Shown: piece after piece, positions 13,588-25,576 of the stretch
How the letters are laid out: each line of letters opens with the position of its first letter
Numbering within the stretch: the stretch's first letter is position 1
Assembly (NCBI GenBank): GCA_029953675.1
Contig: JAMWBK010000003.1
Span: 2,170,001 to 2,234,000, forward strand
DNA: 64,000 bases
Source: Rhodosorus marinus CCMP1338
Taxonomy: Eukaryota; Plantae; Rhodophyta
Reading direction: 5' to 3'
The notes under the pieces: model-generated
What the model was told of the DNA's origin: nothing
Seen by the model: only the letters and a program-made list of their open reading frames with translations
Database searches by the model: none
Translations under genes and position numbers: made by a program

Positions 13588-16500
13588 ATGGCTGCGTTTC
13601 TCCTGCCGTCATGTCTTCCATTGTCTGGGAGGTCGGTGCGGTCAGTGTCGCGGGGGGTGTCCGCGCGTGGGAGAAGCGCCAGCGTTCTCATGGCATCGTC
13701 CATCGAGGATCTGGATAAAGATGCCGAAATTGAGAGCAGGATGGGTAAGGAGGAGGTGGATCGAGTCCGGGCGGAGGAACTGAGCGTGTCGATTGAGGAA
13801 TACCCAGAATGGATTAGGGAGTTTCTCGTGCCGCCGATCACGCTGAAGAAGAGAACGGATTTGAAAAAGATTATGGTGATCGGAGCCGGGCCTATTGTCA
13901 TTGGGCAGGCTTGCGAATTTGACTACTCCGGAACTCAGGCCTGTAAAGCTCTCCGCGATGAGGGATACTCAGTTGTGCTCGTTAACTCCAATCCAGCCAC
14001 TATAATGACTGACAACGACACAGCGGACAGGATCTACATAGAACCCCTCACAATCGACGTCTTGGAAAAGGTAATGCAGTACGATTAATCTCCAGAGCGG
14101 AAGTTAAGGCCAATCAGGAAAAGGCACCCGCTAACCACAGAATTTTACACCTCAGATTATCGTCAAGGAAAAGCCTGATGCGCTCCTTCCAACTATGGGA
14201 GGCCAGACAGCCTTAAATCTTTCCACGCGACTCGCCAATGAGGGTATCCTGGACAAGTACGGTGTGGAGTTGATTGGCGCGAAGCTGGACGCTATTGAGA
14301 AGGGTGAAGATCGACTGCTGTTCAGGAACGCCATGGAGAAAATCGGGGTCCCTTGTTGCCCGTCTGTCGTCGTTAACAATCTGCAGGTATCATTCTCACC
14401 AGCATTCATCTCTTTCAACTTTCAGAGAACACCACTCAAGTGGGCGAGCGAAAATCTTGGCTTTTGTAGGAAGCCGAAGCTGCAGCGGAGGAGATTGGAA
14501 GTTACCCATTGATCATCCGACCAGCGTATACGCTGGGTGGAACTGGTGGAGGTATTGGGTACAATCCGGAGGAGTATATGGAGATTGCCAAGGGTGGTCT
14601 GGATGCATCACCAGTCACGCAGATCTTGGTGGAGAAATCTCTTCTCGGTTGGAAGGAGTACGAGCTTGAAGTAGGGCTCCCATCGTCGTGGTTTTTTCAG
14701 GATTCTTAGATGGTTAAGCTGAAAGTTCTGCAATATGTACAGGTTATGAGAGACGGAGCTGACAACGTCGTCATCGTCTGTTCGATTGAGAATATTGATC
14801 CGATGGGTGTACACACGGGAGACTCAATAACCGTAGCACCGACTTTGACCTTGACAGACAAAGAGTACCAAAGGCTTCGTGACATGTCCATCGCCATCAT
14901 CAGGGAGATCGGTGTTGACACTGGTGGCAGTAACATCCAGTTTGCAGTGAGTCTAAATGAACAACAAGTGCCTTTCCAGGGAGTACACCTACCCTTTATG
15001 AGTAATGTTCAAATCGAGTGCCTCTGCTTTCTTACAGGTAAATCCGGAGAATGGAGACGTGATTGTGATTGAAATGAATCCACGTGTTTCTCGATCGTCA
15101 GCACTGGCCTCCAAGGCGACTGGGTTCCCAATCGCGAAGCTTGCGGCGAAGCTTTCTGTTGGTCTCTCTCTCGCAGATATTCAAAATGATATCACTTTGA
15201 AGACCCCGGCGTCGTTTGAACCCACCCTGGATTATATTGTGACTAAGGTATCAGAATAAGCATTCCATATTCGAGAACTCCAGACTAACGTACCCCTACT
15301 CGAGATACGCCTGGCGCTGCTGTTGCTAAGACTTTTGCTCCGTTGCCAAACTTCTACCTCGTGACGTTCAGGTGCCAAGATTCGCATTTGAGAAATTCCC
15401 AGGGGCGTCAAACGTGCTGAGCACGCAAATGAGAGCTGTAGGAGAGGCCATGGCCATCGGCAGAACATTCCGCGAGTCCATCCAGAAGTGTTTCCGTTCT
15501 CTCGAGACTGGACGGGCCGGATGGGGTTTCGATTCGAAGAAGATGGAATTCGCATCAAAGGAGGATCTGATGGCCGCGCTTCGAATTCCAACTCCTGAAA
15601 GGTGAGGAAGGGGTCCAGTCAAACCTACGCTAAACTCCAGGAAGCTAAGGAGCTTTGTGCTTAATCACTTCGGCTGGAAAACTAGGATCTTCTACATCTT
15701 CAACGCGTTTGAGATGGGTCTTACTATAGAAGAAATTTTTGACATCTCCCGGTATGATCCGTGGGTCTTGCACAACCTGAGGAGTATCTACGATACCGGA
15801 ATGGGGATGCAGGGAAGACTACTTGAAGAGATTGGTGCAGAGGAATTGTTTGAAATGAAATCAATGGGATTCTCCGATGTGCAAATCTCTGAACTCTGCA
15901 ATGTATCCGAAAATGAGGTGGGATAACTTTGACTTGATGTGCGCACAGTTTGATACCGATCTGATCTTGCTTTGTCGATGTTTCAAGGTCCGTCATAGGC
16001 GAAAAGCTCTGGGTCTAAAACCCGTCTACAAGACTGTAGATACTTGCGCATCAGAGTTCGAGGCCTATACTCCATACTTGTACTCTACCTACGAATCCAC
16101 GAGTGTTTGGGGAGAGGACATTGCTGCAGGGTTCAGCAGTGAAGTACCACCTTCAACGGGGAAGAACAAGGTCGTCATTCTTGGAGGAGGGCCTAATCGA
16201 ATCGGCCAGGGTATTGAGTTTGACTATTGCTGTGTTCACGCGTGTTTCGAGCTCAGGTATGGCTGGTAACCATCCTGGGGCAAGCCCTGCGAAATTTTTG
16301 AGTTGCTCAGTGAACCAAACGTTCGTTTGTTTTCTGTAGGGAGCAAGGATTCGAGACCGTCATGATTAACAGCAACCCAGAAACCGTATCAACCGACTAT
16401 GATACGTCTGACAGGCTCTACTTTGAGCCACTTACGTTTGAAGATGTCGTAGCTGTTCTCGAAGCCGAGAAACCTGATGGAATTATAGTCCAGTTTGGAG

Positions 16501-18328
16501 GTCAGACTCCTTTGAAGCTCGCTGTGCCTCTGCAGAGGTACCTTGCATCGGATGAGGCCAAGGAGGTAAGCAGTAGGAGCTCTTGACAAATCTATACAAT
16601 TGTTTTGGTTGCTCGATTGACACTCGAGCTCAATTTTGATTGTCCAGGCTGGATTGGGACACACGAAGATCTTGGGAACATCACCGGATTCCATTGACGC
16701 TGCAGAAGATCGGGACCGATTCGCAGCGATTCTCGATGAGCTTGGAATCAGGCAACCCGCAAACGGCCTTGCAACAAGTATGGCCGAGGCCAAGGATGCC
16801 GCGGATAGAATCGGATATCCTGTAGTGGTGCGACCGAGCTACGTCCTCGGTGGTCGAGGAATGGAGATCGTATATGACGAGGAGGAGCTCGCGAAATACA
16901 TGACCGCAGACGTGGTTGTGGAAAGCGAACATCCCGTTCTTATTGACAGATTTTTGACGAATGCCACTGAAGTTGATGTTGATGCACTTGCCGGTAAGGG
17001 CGCCAACATAGCAGGAACTTTCGTTCAAAGTACTGGACTCTTAGCCCTTATATTTCCCTCGATTTGCACAGATACCGAGGGCAACGTCGTAATTGGAGGA
17101 ATCATGGAGCACATTGAAGAGGCTGGAATTCACTCTGGTGACTCTGCGTGCTCGTTGCCAACAGTTTCTATATCATACAACGCGATGGTCACCATCAGAG
17201 GCTGGTCCGTCGCACTGGCGAAACGCCTGAAGGTCGTTGGTCTGATGAATATTCAGTGGGCTGTTCAAGGGGAAGATGTCTATATTCTAGAAGCCAACCC
17301 AAGGGCCTCCCGAACGGTAACATCGTCTCCATTCACCTTGAAGCCGAACGCAGCTGCTCATTCTATCTCAACGACTATTTCATAGGTTCCTTTCGTGAGC
17401 AAAGCAATCGGCAGGCCACTGGCCAAGCTCGCTTCAAGATTGATGGTAGGCTCGTCCCTTGATGAACTGGACTTCAAGACCGAGATCATTCCGAGGCATA
17501 TCGCGGTGAAGGAGGCAGTGCTTCCGTTTTCAAAGTTCCAAGGCGCTGATATCGTCCTCTCTCCAGAGATGAGGTCTACCGGTAAGCTCATGTACTGACG
17601 CGGCAAGCTATGGTCTTGAATCTGCGAAGCGTTCTATTAACGTTTGTTTGCCTGAATTTGCTAGGCGAGGTGATGGGAATTGACACCTCCTTCGGAGCAG
17701 CGTTTTACAAGGCCCAGATTGCAGCGGGGCTCAGTCTTCCTACAGAAGGATCTATTTTTATGTCCGCCAATGATCGTGATAAGCCCGCTTGCTTGAACCT
17801 CGCCAGGGACTTTCTGGATATGGGGTGAGCTAGCTCGTTGAAGCATCCTCCTTTTGCATCAAGAGTTTACGGGTTCTTACGTAAAACAAATTCGCTTTTC
17901 TTTCCCGAGCAGGTACAAAATCCTAGCTACGCGTGGAACTTTCTCGTATCTAGTTAAGAACGGTCTGAACCCTCCAGAAGTTGAAATGATACTGAAGGTG
18001 CACGAGGGAAGACCGCACGTCATTGACTCACTGAAAAGTCAGAATATTAGTCTGTTTATCATGACACCTGCATCTGACGAGCATCCGAGTTCTGGACGAG
18101 CGGTAAGTACTAGCCTCCGATGTGGGCCAGGTACAAGAAACAAGGACTCGCCATCTAATCACCGTGTTTGTCGGACTCCCTGAACAGGTTCGTCGAGCCG
18201 CAGTGATGAGTAAGATCCCAGTCGTCACCACTGTCAGTGGAGCACGAGCCACAGCACAGGCCCTTCGATTACTGAAATCTCAGCCAGTTGAAGTCCAAGC
18301 TATGCAAGACTACCACCCGTCTAATTAA
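13588..18328 (+). CDS. carB: Carbamoyl-phosphate synthase large subunit, plastid-targeted (15 exons, 14 GT-AG introns traced)
   Basis: MAAFLLPS transit peptide, then [88 protein letters not shown] and a C-terminal MGS-like domain. Confidence 0.97.
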
Positions 18329-18622
18329 ACAACATAGGCCCCGAAAATACTGAAGAATTCCAGTGAGTTTTCTTGTTTATGAACTCCAAACGAAACGGCA
18401 GCAGTCACTTTCCACGTCATTAGTTAGCACATGGTGTGCCGGCTTAGGACTTGAGACCCATGGCATCACTATGAGCGTCAAGGAGCCAGGCCTTTATTGG
18501 GAGGCGTTTCTTCCGCTCCAAAGGCATCTTTCATCACCGTGCTAGGAGCGTAGTTTTTTCTCTAGCTGATGTCGCACGCAATGAAGAGCATGAGATTTAA
18601 ACCGTGGCTTCTTCGCGATCTC

Positions 18623-20232
18623 CTAGAGGGGTAGAACGGCCTTAGCTAGACTGAAGACTGATTCGCTCTTCAACATAGTGTACGCAGTCCCAAGCATAAT
18701 AGCACAAGTCAGGGAGAATACAATTTGGGTCACAACAGTTTTGGCCAAGGTCTCTCTTTTCCAGGGAACTGGCCTTCCAGGGAATCGCCTGCAGAAACAT
18801 CGCAAATACGTTTAGCATCGAGAAGGTGCCCCCCGGAAGGATGTTTTGCTTTTACCCCGTCCTCTTGAAGGTCTCCAGCAGCTCATCCTTCTCCTTGTAT
18901 AGATTGTAAAGGAACTTGTTCATCTGCTCTTCGTTGTCGGTCGGGACGTTCTTCAGGTCGATCCTCCTCTGATAAACCTAGCAAAAAGACGAGGTTTCCA
19001 ATACAAAACCTGTTAAACAGCTACTCGGCTCTCTAGGTAGGTGGTGAGGGCCTGCGTCCCTCACCTTTACGACTCTGTGTTTGCCAAAGCAGAACAATGA
19101 TAACGTATCGAGGAAAGGGGGCAACGGATTCAAGTCCTCGTCATCCCTGTATCCTATCGTAATGTCGTATATTGCGCCGATCTGATCCCCCAAACCATTC
19201 AAGATCATCTGGAAGCCTTTGGTCCTTGGCAGCAAAACGTTGTTGAGTACCTACGAAGGTTCGATCGTGAACATGAGTTCCGATGAGCATTCCAACATGT
19301 CTGAGGACGAGGGATGAGCTCTGAGCAAGAACTGGCTTGGCGGCAGAGTGCACTCCTGATTTGCGGGTCGCTCAGATCAAGATAAGGATCCACATGCAAG
19401 AGCAAGGTGGTTCTTGCTTTTCTGGGTTCAGTACCGGTAAATCACGTTTCTTGGCAAAGCCCCGCGATTCCGCCAGCTTCTTCTTGGTGAGTCTTGTTCC
19501 TTCAAAATAGCTGACGATCCAGAACGGTCTTTTGACGTTTGGGTCATGAAGCTGCGAGAAGACCTAAGGATGACGAACAACGTATGAATTCCATGAGTCT
19601 TCTGGGGTATTGGAGCTTTTCTGCGTAGTCAAAGCACAACAGGACAAGTTACCTTTTCAAATTTTTTCTTGGCTTTGTCAGAAGTCCTCTTGATGAAAAC
19701 ACAGGCCTGGGTGAAGTAAGCACCGAGACCATAAACTGGGAAAAGAAGCAAGGGGCGCTTTGCAAGGAATTTCAAGTCTCCATCTCTCCCAGAGCGTCTT
19801 GCAAGGCAGAACATGATCACGCTATCCATCCATGTTCGATGATTGCAGGCCACTAGAGCACGTTCATTGCCTGGCAGTGTTTCACCGGTCACTTCAAGGT
19901 AAAGGCCTCCGAAGCGTTCGATGTGAAAAGTATAAGGTGATAGCCAATGGGACACCTACCAAGTACAGGGGGAATACAAGATCGTAAAGGTCTGTTAAAA
20001 TCACTGATTGTTGGAAACGCGCCCACTTTCAAACGCACAGCCCCACCGTCCAACCGCAGATGTCGGCTACTGCTTGCTTCTTCCCCAGCACTTGGAGGGT
20101 GTACTTCACCAAAGGAAAGACGACAACGACAGTCCAAAAGCTCGTTAACGTATAAAACAAACCAGCTATCAAAAGACCCGGCAGAAACACAAGTCTAAGC
20201 ACCAAGTCTGCAGCGCCCTCATCCATAGGCAT
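18623..20232 (-). CDS. Lysophospholipid acyltransferase (AGPAT/LCLAT-type, ER LPAAT-like), multi-exon
   Basis: Motif I NHRTWMD, KFLAKRPL, VFIKR, motif III YFEGTR, VLLPRTKGF, IYDITIGY; N- and C-terminal hydrophobic segments. Confidence 0.9.
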
Positions 20233-20667
20233 CTCGACCGGAAAACAAAGTACCTGTTCGTCAGTCAGCTACATCGAACAGATCGCTTTCACCCCAAGGC
20301 CAGAGCAAATCACCCGAAAGGAGCAAAACTCCAAAAACATTGAGCAGAAAAAAAAAAAGACATAGATCGTTTTGCGATGATCGACTTACTTCTCAAGCCG
20401 CTCAATGTGCTCTCTAAACAGTCCACAAAAGAAAAAGCTCTCTAAAGACCAAATTACTGCCCTCAGAGGAGACAATCAGTCAGCACTCTTATCCTTCCTT
20501 GAAGTCTCCTCTATCTCTAAAATCTCTAGATGCCAAACCCGTCAAGAATCCAGACCGAGCGATCCTCTCCAATCCCTCATCTCAGCTGCCATATTCTCGT
20601 CTCCAGTTGTCATCCTCTTCACCAGAATCTATCCCATTCATAATTTGGACATAAATATTCATAAAAT

Positions 20668-21180
20668 GATAAGTTCGATGTGATCGCGGATGTCTTCTTT
20701 AGGGTTTTTGGATGGGAAGGGTTCTACTACTGCGAGGGAGCTCTTTGGGGAGAGCAAGGCAGACATTCTGTTCATGTTTGGTGGATGAAGTAGTTGTTTT
20801 ACCAAAGCTCTGATTTGATCCCATCGATGATTACCAAATAGTTCTTCACAAGGACGATAAGTTTCAAATTTGATCGCGGATGTCTGGGATTGGAGTTGCT
20901 GTACTGAGCAGCTTTTAGGGTGAGCAAGGCAGACAATCTGTGCGCGTTTGGTGGATGAAGCAGTTGGTTTAGGAATAGCCAGATTCGATTCCAGCTATAT
21001 CCGCCAAGGAGATATTCTGAAAAAAAACAAAAGGATGTTTTCCCGTGTGATAGTGGATGATTTCTTCAGGGTTTGGATTGGAGCTGCACTGCTGACGAGC
21101 GTTCGGGGTGAGTAAGGCAGACAGTCCATGCGTCTTTGGCGGATGAAGCAGTCGGTTCCCAGTAGCGGATATCTCTGACA
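20668..21180. repeat. Three diverged tandem copies of a ~170-190 bp unit
   Basis: AAGGCAGAC at 20756, 20926 and 21114, each followed by TTTGG(T/C)GGATGAAG(T/C)AGT. TGATCGCGGATGTCT at 20681 and 20871, with the variant TGATAGTGGATG at 21048. Confidence 0.85.
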
Positions 21181-21273
21181 GATCTAGGATAGAAGAGCGC
21201 TGCTGATATTTTTGGTCTTCAGCTTGACTTTTTGGGAGCGTCTTCTGGATAGTACGTTGACAACGTTGTAGCG

Positions 21274-21909
21274 ATGGTTGGGGAAGCGAAATGGAATGCT
21301 TTGAGTTTCGAAGAGGTTCGATCCAAATCTGAGAAGTTTTCCGAAGATCGAGATTGGAACCAGTTCCATACGCCGAGGAACTTGCTGCTGGCGATGGTCG
21401 GCGAGGTTGGCGAGTTGTCGGAGTGTTTCCAGTGGAAGGGCGAGGTTGCAGAGAACCTGAAAGGGTTCTCGGACGCTGAGAAGCATCACATCGGAGAAGA
21501 AATGTCTGACGTTCTGGTATACCTGATCAGGCTTGCTGATAAATGCGGTGTCGACCTGCCCAGCGCTGTGCTTGCAAAAATGATTAAAAACGAAGAAAAG
21601 GTGTGGATCAAGAACGCGACGAATTGTGCCATTGCTCTCGTGCTTACTTCCGTGGTCTCTTTCTCGTGGTGACATTAGTACCCGGCTCATCTTGCGAGGG
21701 GTAGATCTACTAAGTATACAGAGCTTGAGCGGGAGAGTGCTTCGAAAATAAGTCAAGTAGAGCCGGAGAGGGACTCTGAAAACCAACCCGAGCATGAAGA
21801 CAAACATGGTAAACCACACTTCTGGTCAACTTGCATTGGAAGACCTAGCTTCGTCAAACTTGGCGAGGAAGTTTGTAGCCTCATAAGGTCGGCCCTCTCA
21901 GCTTGTTAG
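21274..21909 (+). CDS. DCTPP1: dCTP pyrophosphatase 1 (MazG-like NTP-PPase); intron 21601-21678; 3' end at TAG 21907-21909 unless spliced into the next gene
   Basis: RDWNQFHTPRNLLLAMVGEVGELSECFQWKGEV, EEMSDVLVYLIRLADKCGVDL, KMIKNEEK|YPAHLARGRSTKYTEL. Confidence 0.93.
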
Positions 21910-21990
21910 ATTGAAGACCGTCTGTCACAAGTAGGCAATCTCGTTCTGGAGGATCGCTCACACCGAATCTTCCTCTTTTCCTTATCTGTG

Positions 21991-22852
21991 ATGTGCTTAG
22001 TCAGCGAACTCGGAAAATACGAATACTGGAGCTCTACGTACGAAAGGGAGCTTGAAGATTTCCACGAAGAAGGTGCCTACGGCGAGGACTGGTTTTCCCG
22101 TCATACTGGACGCGGAAGGTAAGTCACCTTTCCTTGTCGGCGAAGCGTCGGAGTTGTTCAAGACTGGCTCGTGCGACTTTCTCACAGACTGCGAAAGTTT
22201 ATCGAGGACCAGATCATTAACGCCTTCGGGCAATCAAGTATAGGTCTGCTTGATGTTGGCTGCGGAAACGGACTGTTCCTGATGGAAGCGGCTCAGTCAG
22301 AGAGATTAACCTTCCAGGAGTTGCTCGGTATCGACTACGCCATGAACGCAATTGAAGTATGCCGGGCCTATCAAGAGAAAAAGTTAAAAAATCGGGACTG
22401 GATGACAGCGACACAGGAGGGAATAGATCGAATCAAGTTTAGCCTTATGGTGAGCAGCATTTGTTAGATTGCTAGGAAGATTGCAAACTGGACGAGAGCT
22501 GAATCTGAGTGGGCATTGGCAGGACTTTCTGGACAACTCTCTCGAGACAAGATCCTTTGAGGTTGTCCACGATAAGGGCACGCTAGACGCAATGTACTTA
22601 AGTAGTGACGAAAATTTGGGTCTGTATATGAGAAACTTGGCACGTGTTCTGACTGATCGCGGATTGTTCATTATCACGTCATGCAATTTGACGAAGGAGG
22701 AGCTGATGAGGCTCTTCAGTCCGCCGGTCTTCCGTTCTGCCAAACTGTTGGATGAGCTTTCGCATACGTCTTTCACGTTCGGCGGCCAGAAGGGATCAGC
22801 TGTGACCACTTTGGCGATTGAGCTAACCCCAGGCGCGCCGCCGAGGACTTGA
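21991..22852 (+). CDS. Protein-lysine methyltransferase, EEF1AKMT2/METTL10/See1-like, multi-exon
   Basis: SELGKYEYWSSTYERELEDF..GEDWF, SAM motif LLDVGCGNG, LLGIDY, HDKGTLDA, FIITSCNLTKEEL, FTFGGQKGS. Confidence 0.88.
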
Positions 22853-23231
22853 TTGTACTGCTACAAGACTGCTGAGATAGCAACGCAGAGGATTAGGAGC
22901 TCGGCATATGATTGGCGTCAGCATGGAGAGCTTTTCGACAAACGTGGATTCAATGAATAGATCACTCACTCATGCAAAGTGCGATTCGATCCCAAGCAAT
23001 TGAGAAACGCCTCACTATATCCTAAAGAAATACACGGCACCACTTCGCGATTCTGGCGGTTGGAGATCTCCAAAAACAAAGCCATGAACCTGCAGCGTAA
23101 GGTATGACAGCCTGCTTCTTTGTGGACGGAGCTCGATGATCACTGAGTACAAAATGAAGATATCTCTCACATCGAGAACCTCGCATCGGCTATCGCAACC
23201 AGTTAGAAGACGTGTGCGAAGCGAGTCATGG

Positions 23232-24070
23232 TTACGATGCATCCGCTTGGCGCACGGCAATTTTTCTCCCTAGATCATAGTTTCCGTCCAGATCTTGGAT
23301 TGCTGCTCGACCTTCTCCCTCATCGGCCATCTCAACGAATCCGAAACCACGGGACCTGCTTGTGTTTCTATCGTATATTACTCTAGCGGATGTCACCTAT
23401 AGAGAATAACAGAGTGAGCTTCAAAATCTGCTGCGAAGGTGTGGAAGGCAATTACTTTCTCTGAAGGAAGAGTTGCGCGGAAGCAAGCGGGTTACGCACG
23501 TCTCCGTATCGATCAAACATCGCCCTAAGATCCTCATCACCGATTCGCGCCGGAAGGTTTCCAACCCATATTCGGATAGCCCTTCGATAGTTTCCAATGA
23601 CTTGGGCAGCTTGCTCGTTACCAGTTTTCTTCTGAACCAAGAGCTCAGTGGCTTTCTGAATCTTCCCTTCAAAAAGCACATCAACGTCCACAAAATCGGC
23701 AGTCCTGTGGGAACAGAGAAGCGGCTTCTCGACCGTGAGCAACCAGATCACTCAGCAGGACGATCCGTTCCACAAGTCCAGAGAAACATAAAAGGTTATA
23801 TTGGACAGTAGAGTACCATTTTCTACCACATTCAGGACACCGAACATCGGCAACTTCATCAGCACCGAAGATCGAGAATTCCACGACAACATCAGATCCG
23901 CACCTGCGGCAATTTACAAACCCAGTGCCAGAACCTGGCACGTTCATGGACAGTCTAGATCTCAGATTCTTTGTATAGCACGTCTTTTGATATCTCTTCT
24001 GAAGTGGATGATAACTTGCACGACTTCCAACCAGAACGATTGGGCTCGTCCCAACGAAACATGATCCCAT
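23232..24070 (-). CDS. Putative plastid-targeted protein with CxxC...CxxC zinc ribbon plus C-terminal RRM
   Basis: MGSCFVG transit-like start; CRRC...VRCPECGRKW; RNP2 IWVGNLP; RNP1 RGFGFVEM; ends RKIAVRQADAS*. Confidence 0.78.
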
Positions 24071-25576
24071 TTCTCCAAAACGTCCAGAGCATGAACACAA
24101 GAGAAAACTTGCGTGTTCTCCGATTCTTTTCAGATCATTTCCATCTCTTCACTTCAGAAAACAGAATGTAAATACTCAATACCGAATACGGCTGAAGACT
24201 TCATCTCGGCCCCTCGAACAGTCAAGATACAATCTCCGCGCAACGTCTATACGTTCGTTCACAGCAAAAGAAGTGGTGTAAACCAAAAGCCGGCTTTCCC
24301 AAGGATTGATGGGGACAGCTGGAGACAACAAATATCTCGTCTATCAAGGTCCACTAGTAACCATAGAGACTCTATCCCATCCTTCTGATCTACAACCCAA
24401 GAGTCCGGAGCGGACCCTTCAGCGAATCGTCCGCATCATCACCGTGACCTTTTTGACGAATATGGACACCGCTCTCTCACATAAAATATCGTTTATTCAT
24501 GAATACTTTCTCAATTATTCTTCCAAACAAAACTTGTTGTCAAATGAATAACAAGACTTTATGGATCATAATTCATTTTGAGAAATAAAATACGTGTATC
24601 AATGATAAGAAAAAAAGTAAAACCTACACGTTAACGTAACTAGCAATTAAAATAATAAATAAATAATAGTTGTACAATATTGTACTAAGAATGTACTATG
24701 AGGTGCGACGGCCGTGTTTGCAATTCCGAAGATCACCATCGCGGTCAGGAGAGCCGGAAAGGCGAGCCGCTGTTGCCAAGTCCAGAGTGCCTCGGGTGAG
24801 AACTAAAACAAACCCTATCGTAACGCTCCGCGAACAGGACGGTGGAAGAGTCCCGATTCACCTCTCTACATGCCTCTGCTTGTGCCATGATGAGACCATC
24901 CCATCCCACCAGGGGAACCAACATCCAGAGTACCACCAACCAAACTCAGCAGAAACAAAAAAAAATACGACCAAAAATCAGCCACTGAGGACCCCTCCCT
25001 TTCACACACACATGCCTACACAAATAGTCCAGAATCTCAAGCACCTCCTGCGCGTTCACTAAAGCTTCAGCGCTCACACCTACTCATTCCATCCCCTCCA
25101 TCTTCGTCTCTCCAAATCCCCCCACCTCTCACTCTCTCTCCCACTCTCTCTCTCTGGCAAAGCCATTTCCTCATCGACCTCGACCCTCGAAAAGATGAAA
25201 AGATCCCCTACAAAAAAAATTCCTAAACATATATTTTTAGGACAGCTGTCCTAACTTGTAATTTTTTGGCATTTGCAGGTGTTGAATGATAATAAAACTT
25301 GAGACTGCAAATTAGCAGTTTGGGGAAGATGGAGATTTTTTCTTTATGTTCTTGGGGACGTGGATCATGTTCGATGCTGCTGATCATGTGTGGAGTAGTG
25401 TGGAGTAATAGAGTTGAGTATATTAGGAGTCGAGAAGGCGGAATTTATGTGGGGAGGTATTAGATGGAGAGGTGAGAGTCTGTGAGGAGCTGGGGTGAGT
25501 TTTTGATCTGTTTTGGTGTGTGTGTGTGCGTTTTTTGGGGGGAAGGTTTTGTGGTTTGTTTTGGGGGGGTTAAGGG

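Noticed and set aside
21184-21819. 211-aa minus-strand ORF
   Set aside because: Antisense shadow of the DCTPP1 coding sequence; no motifs.
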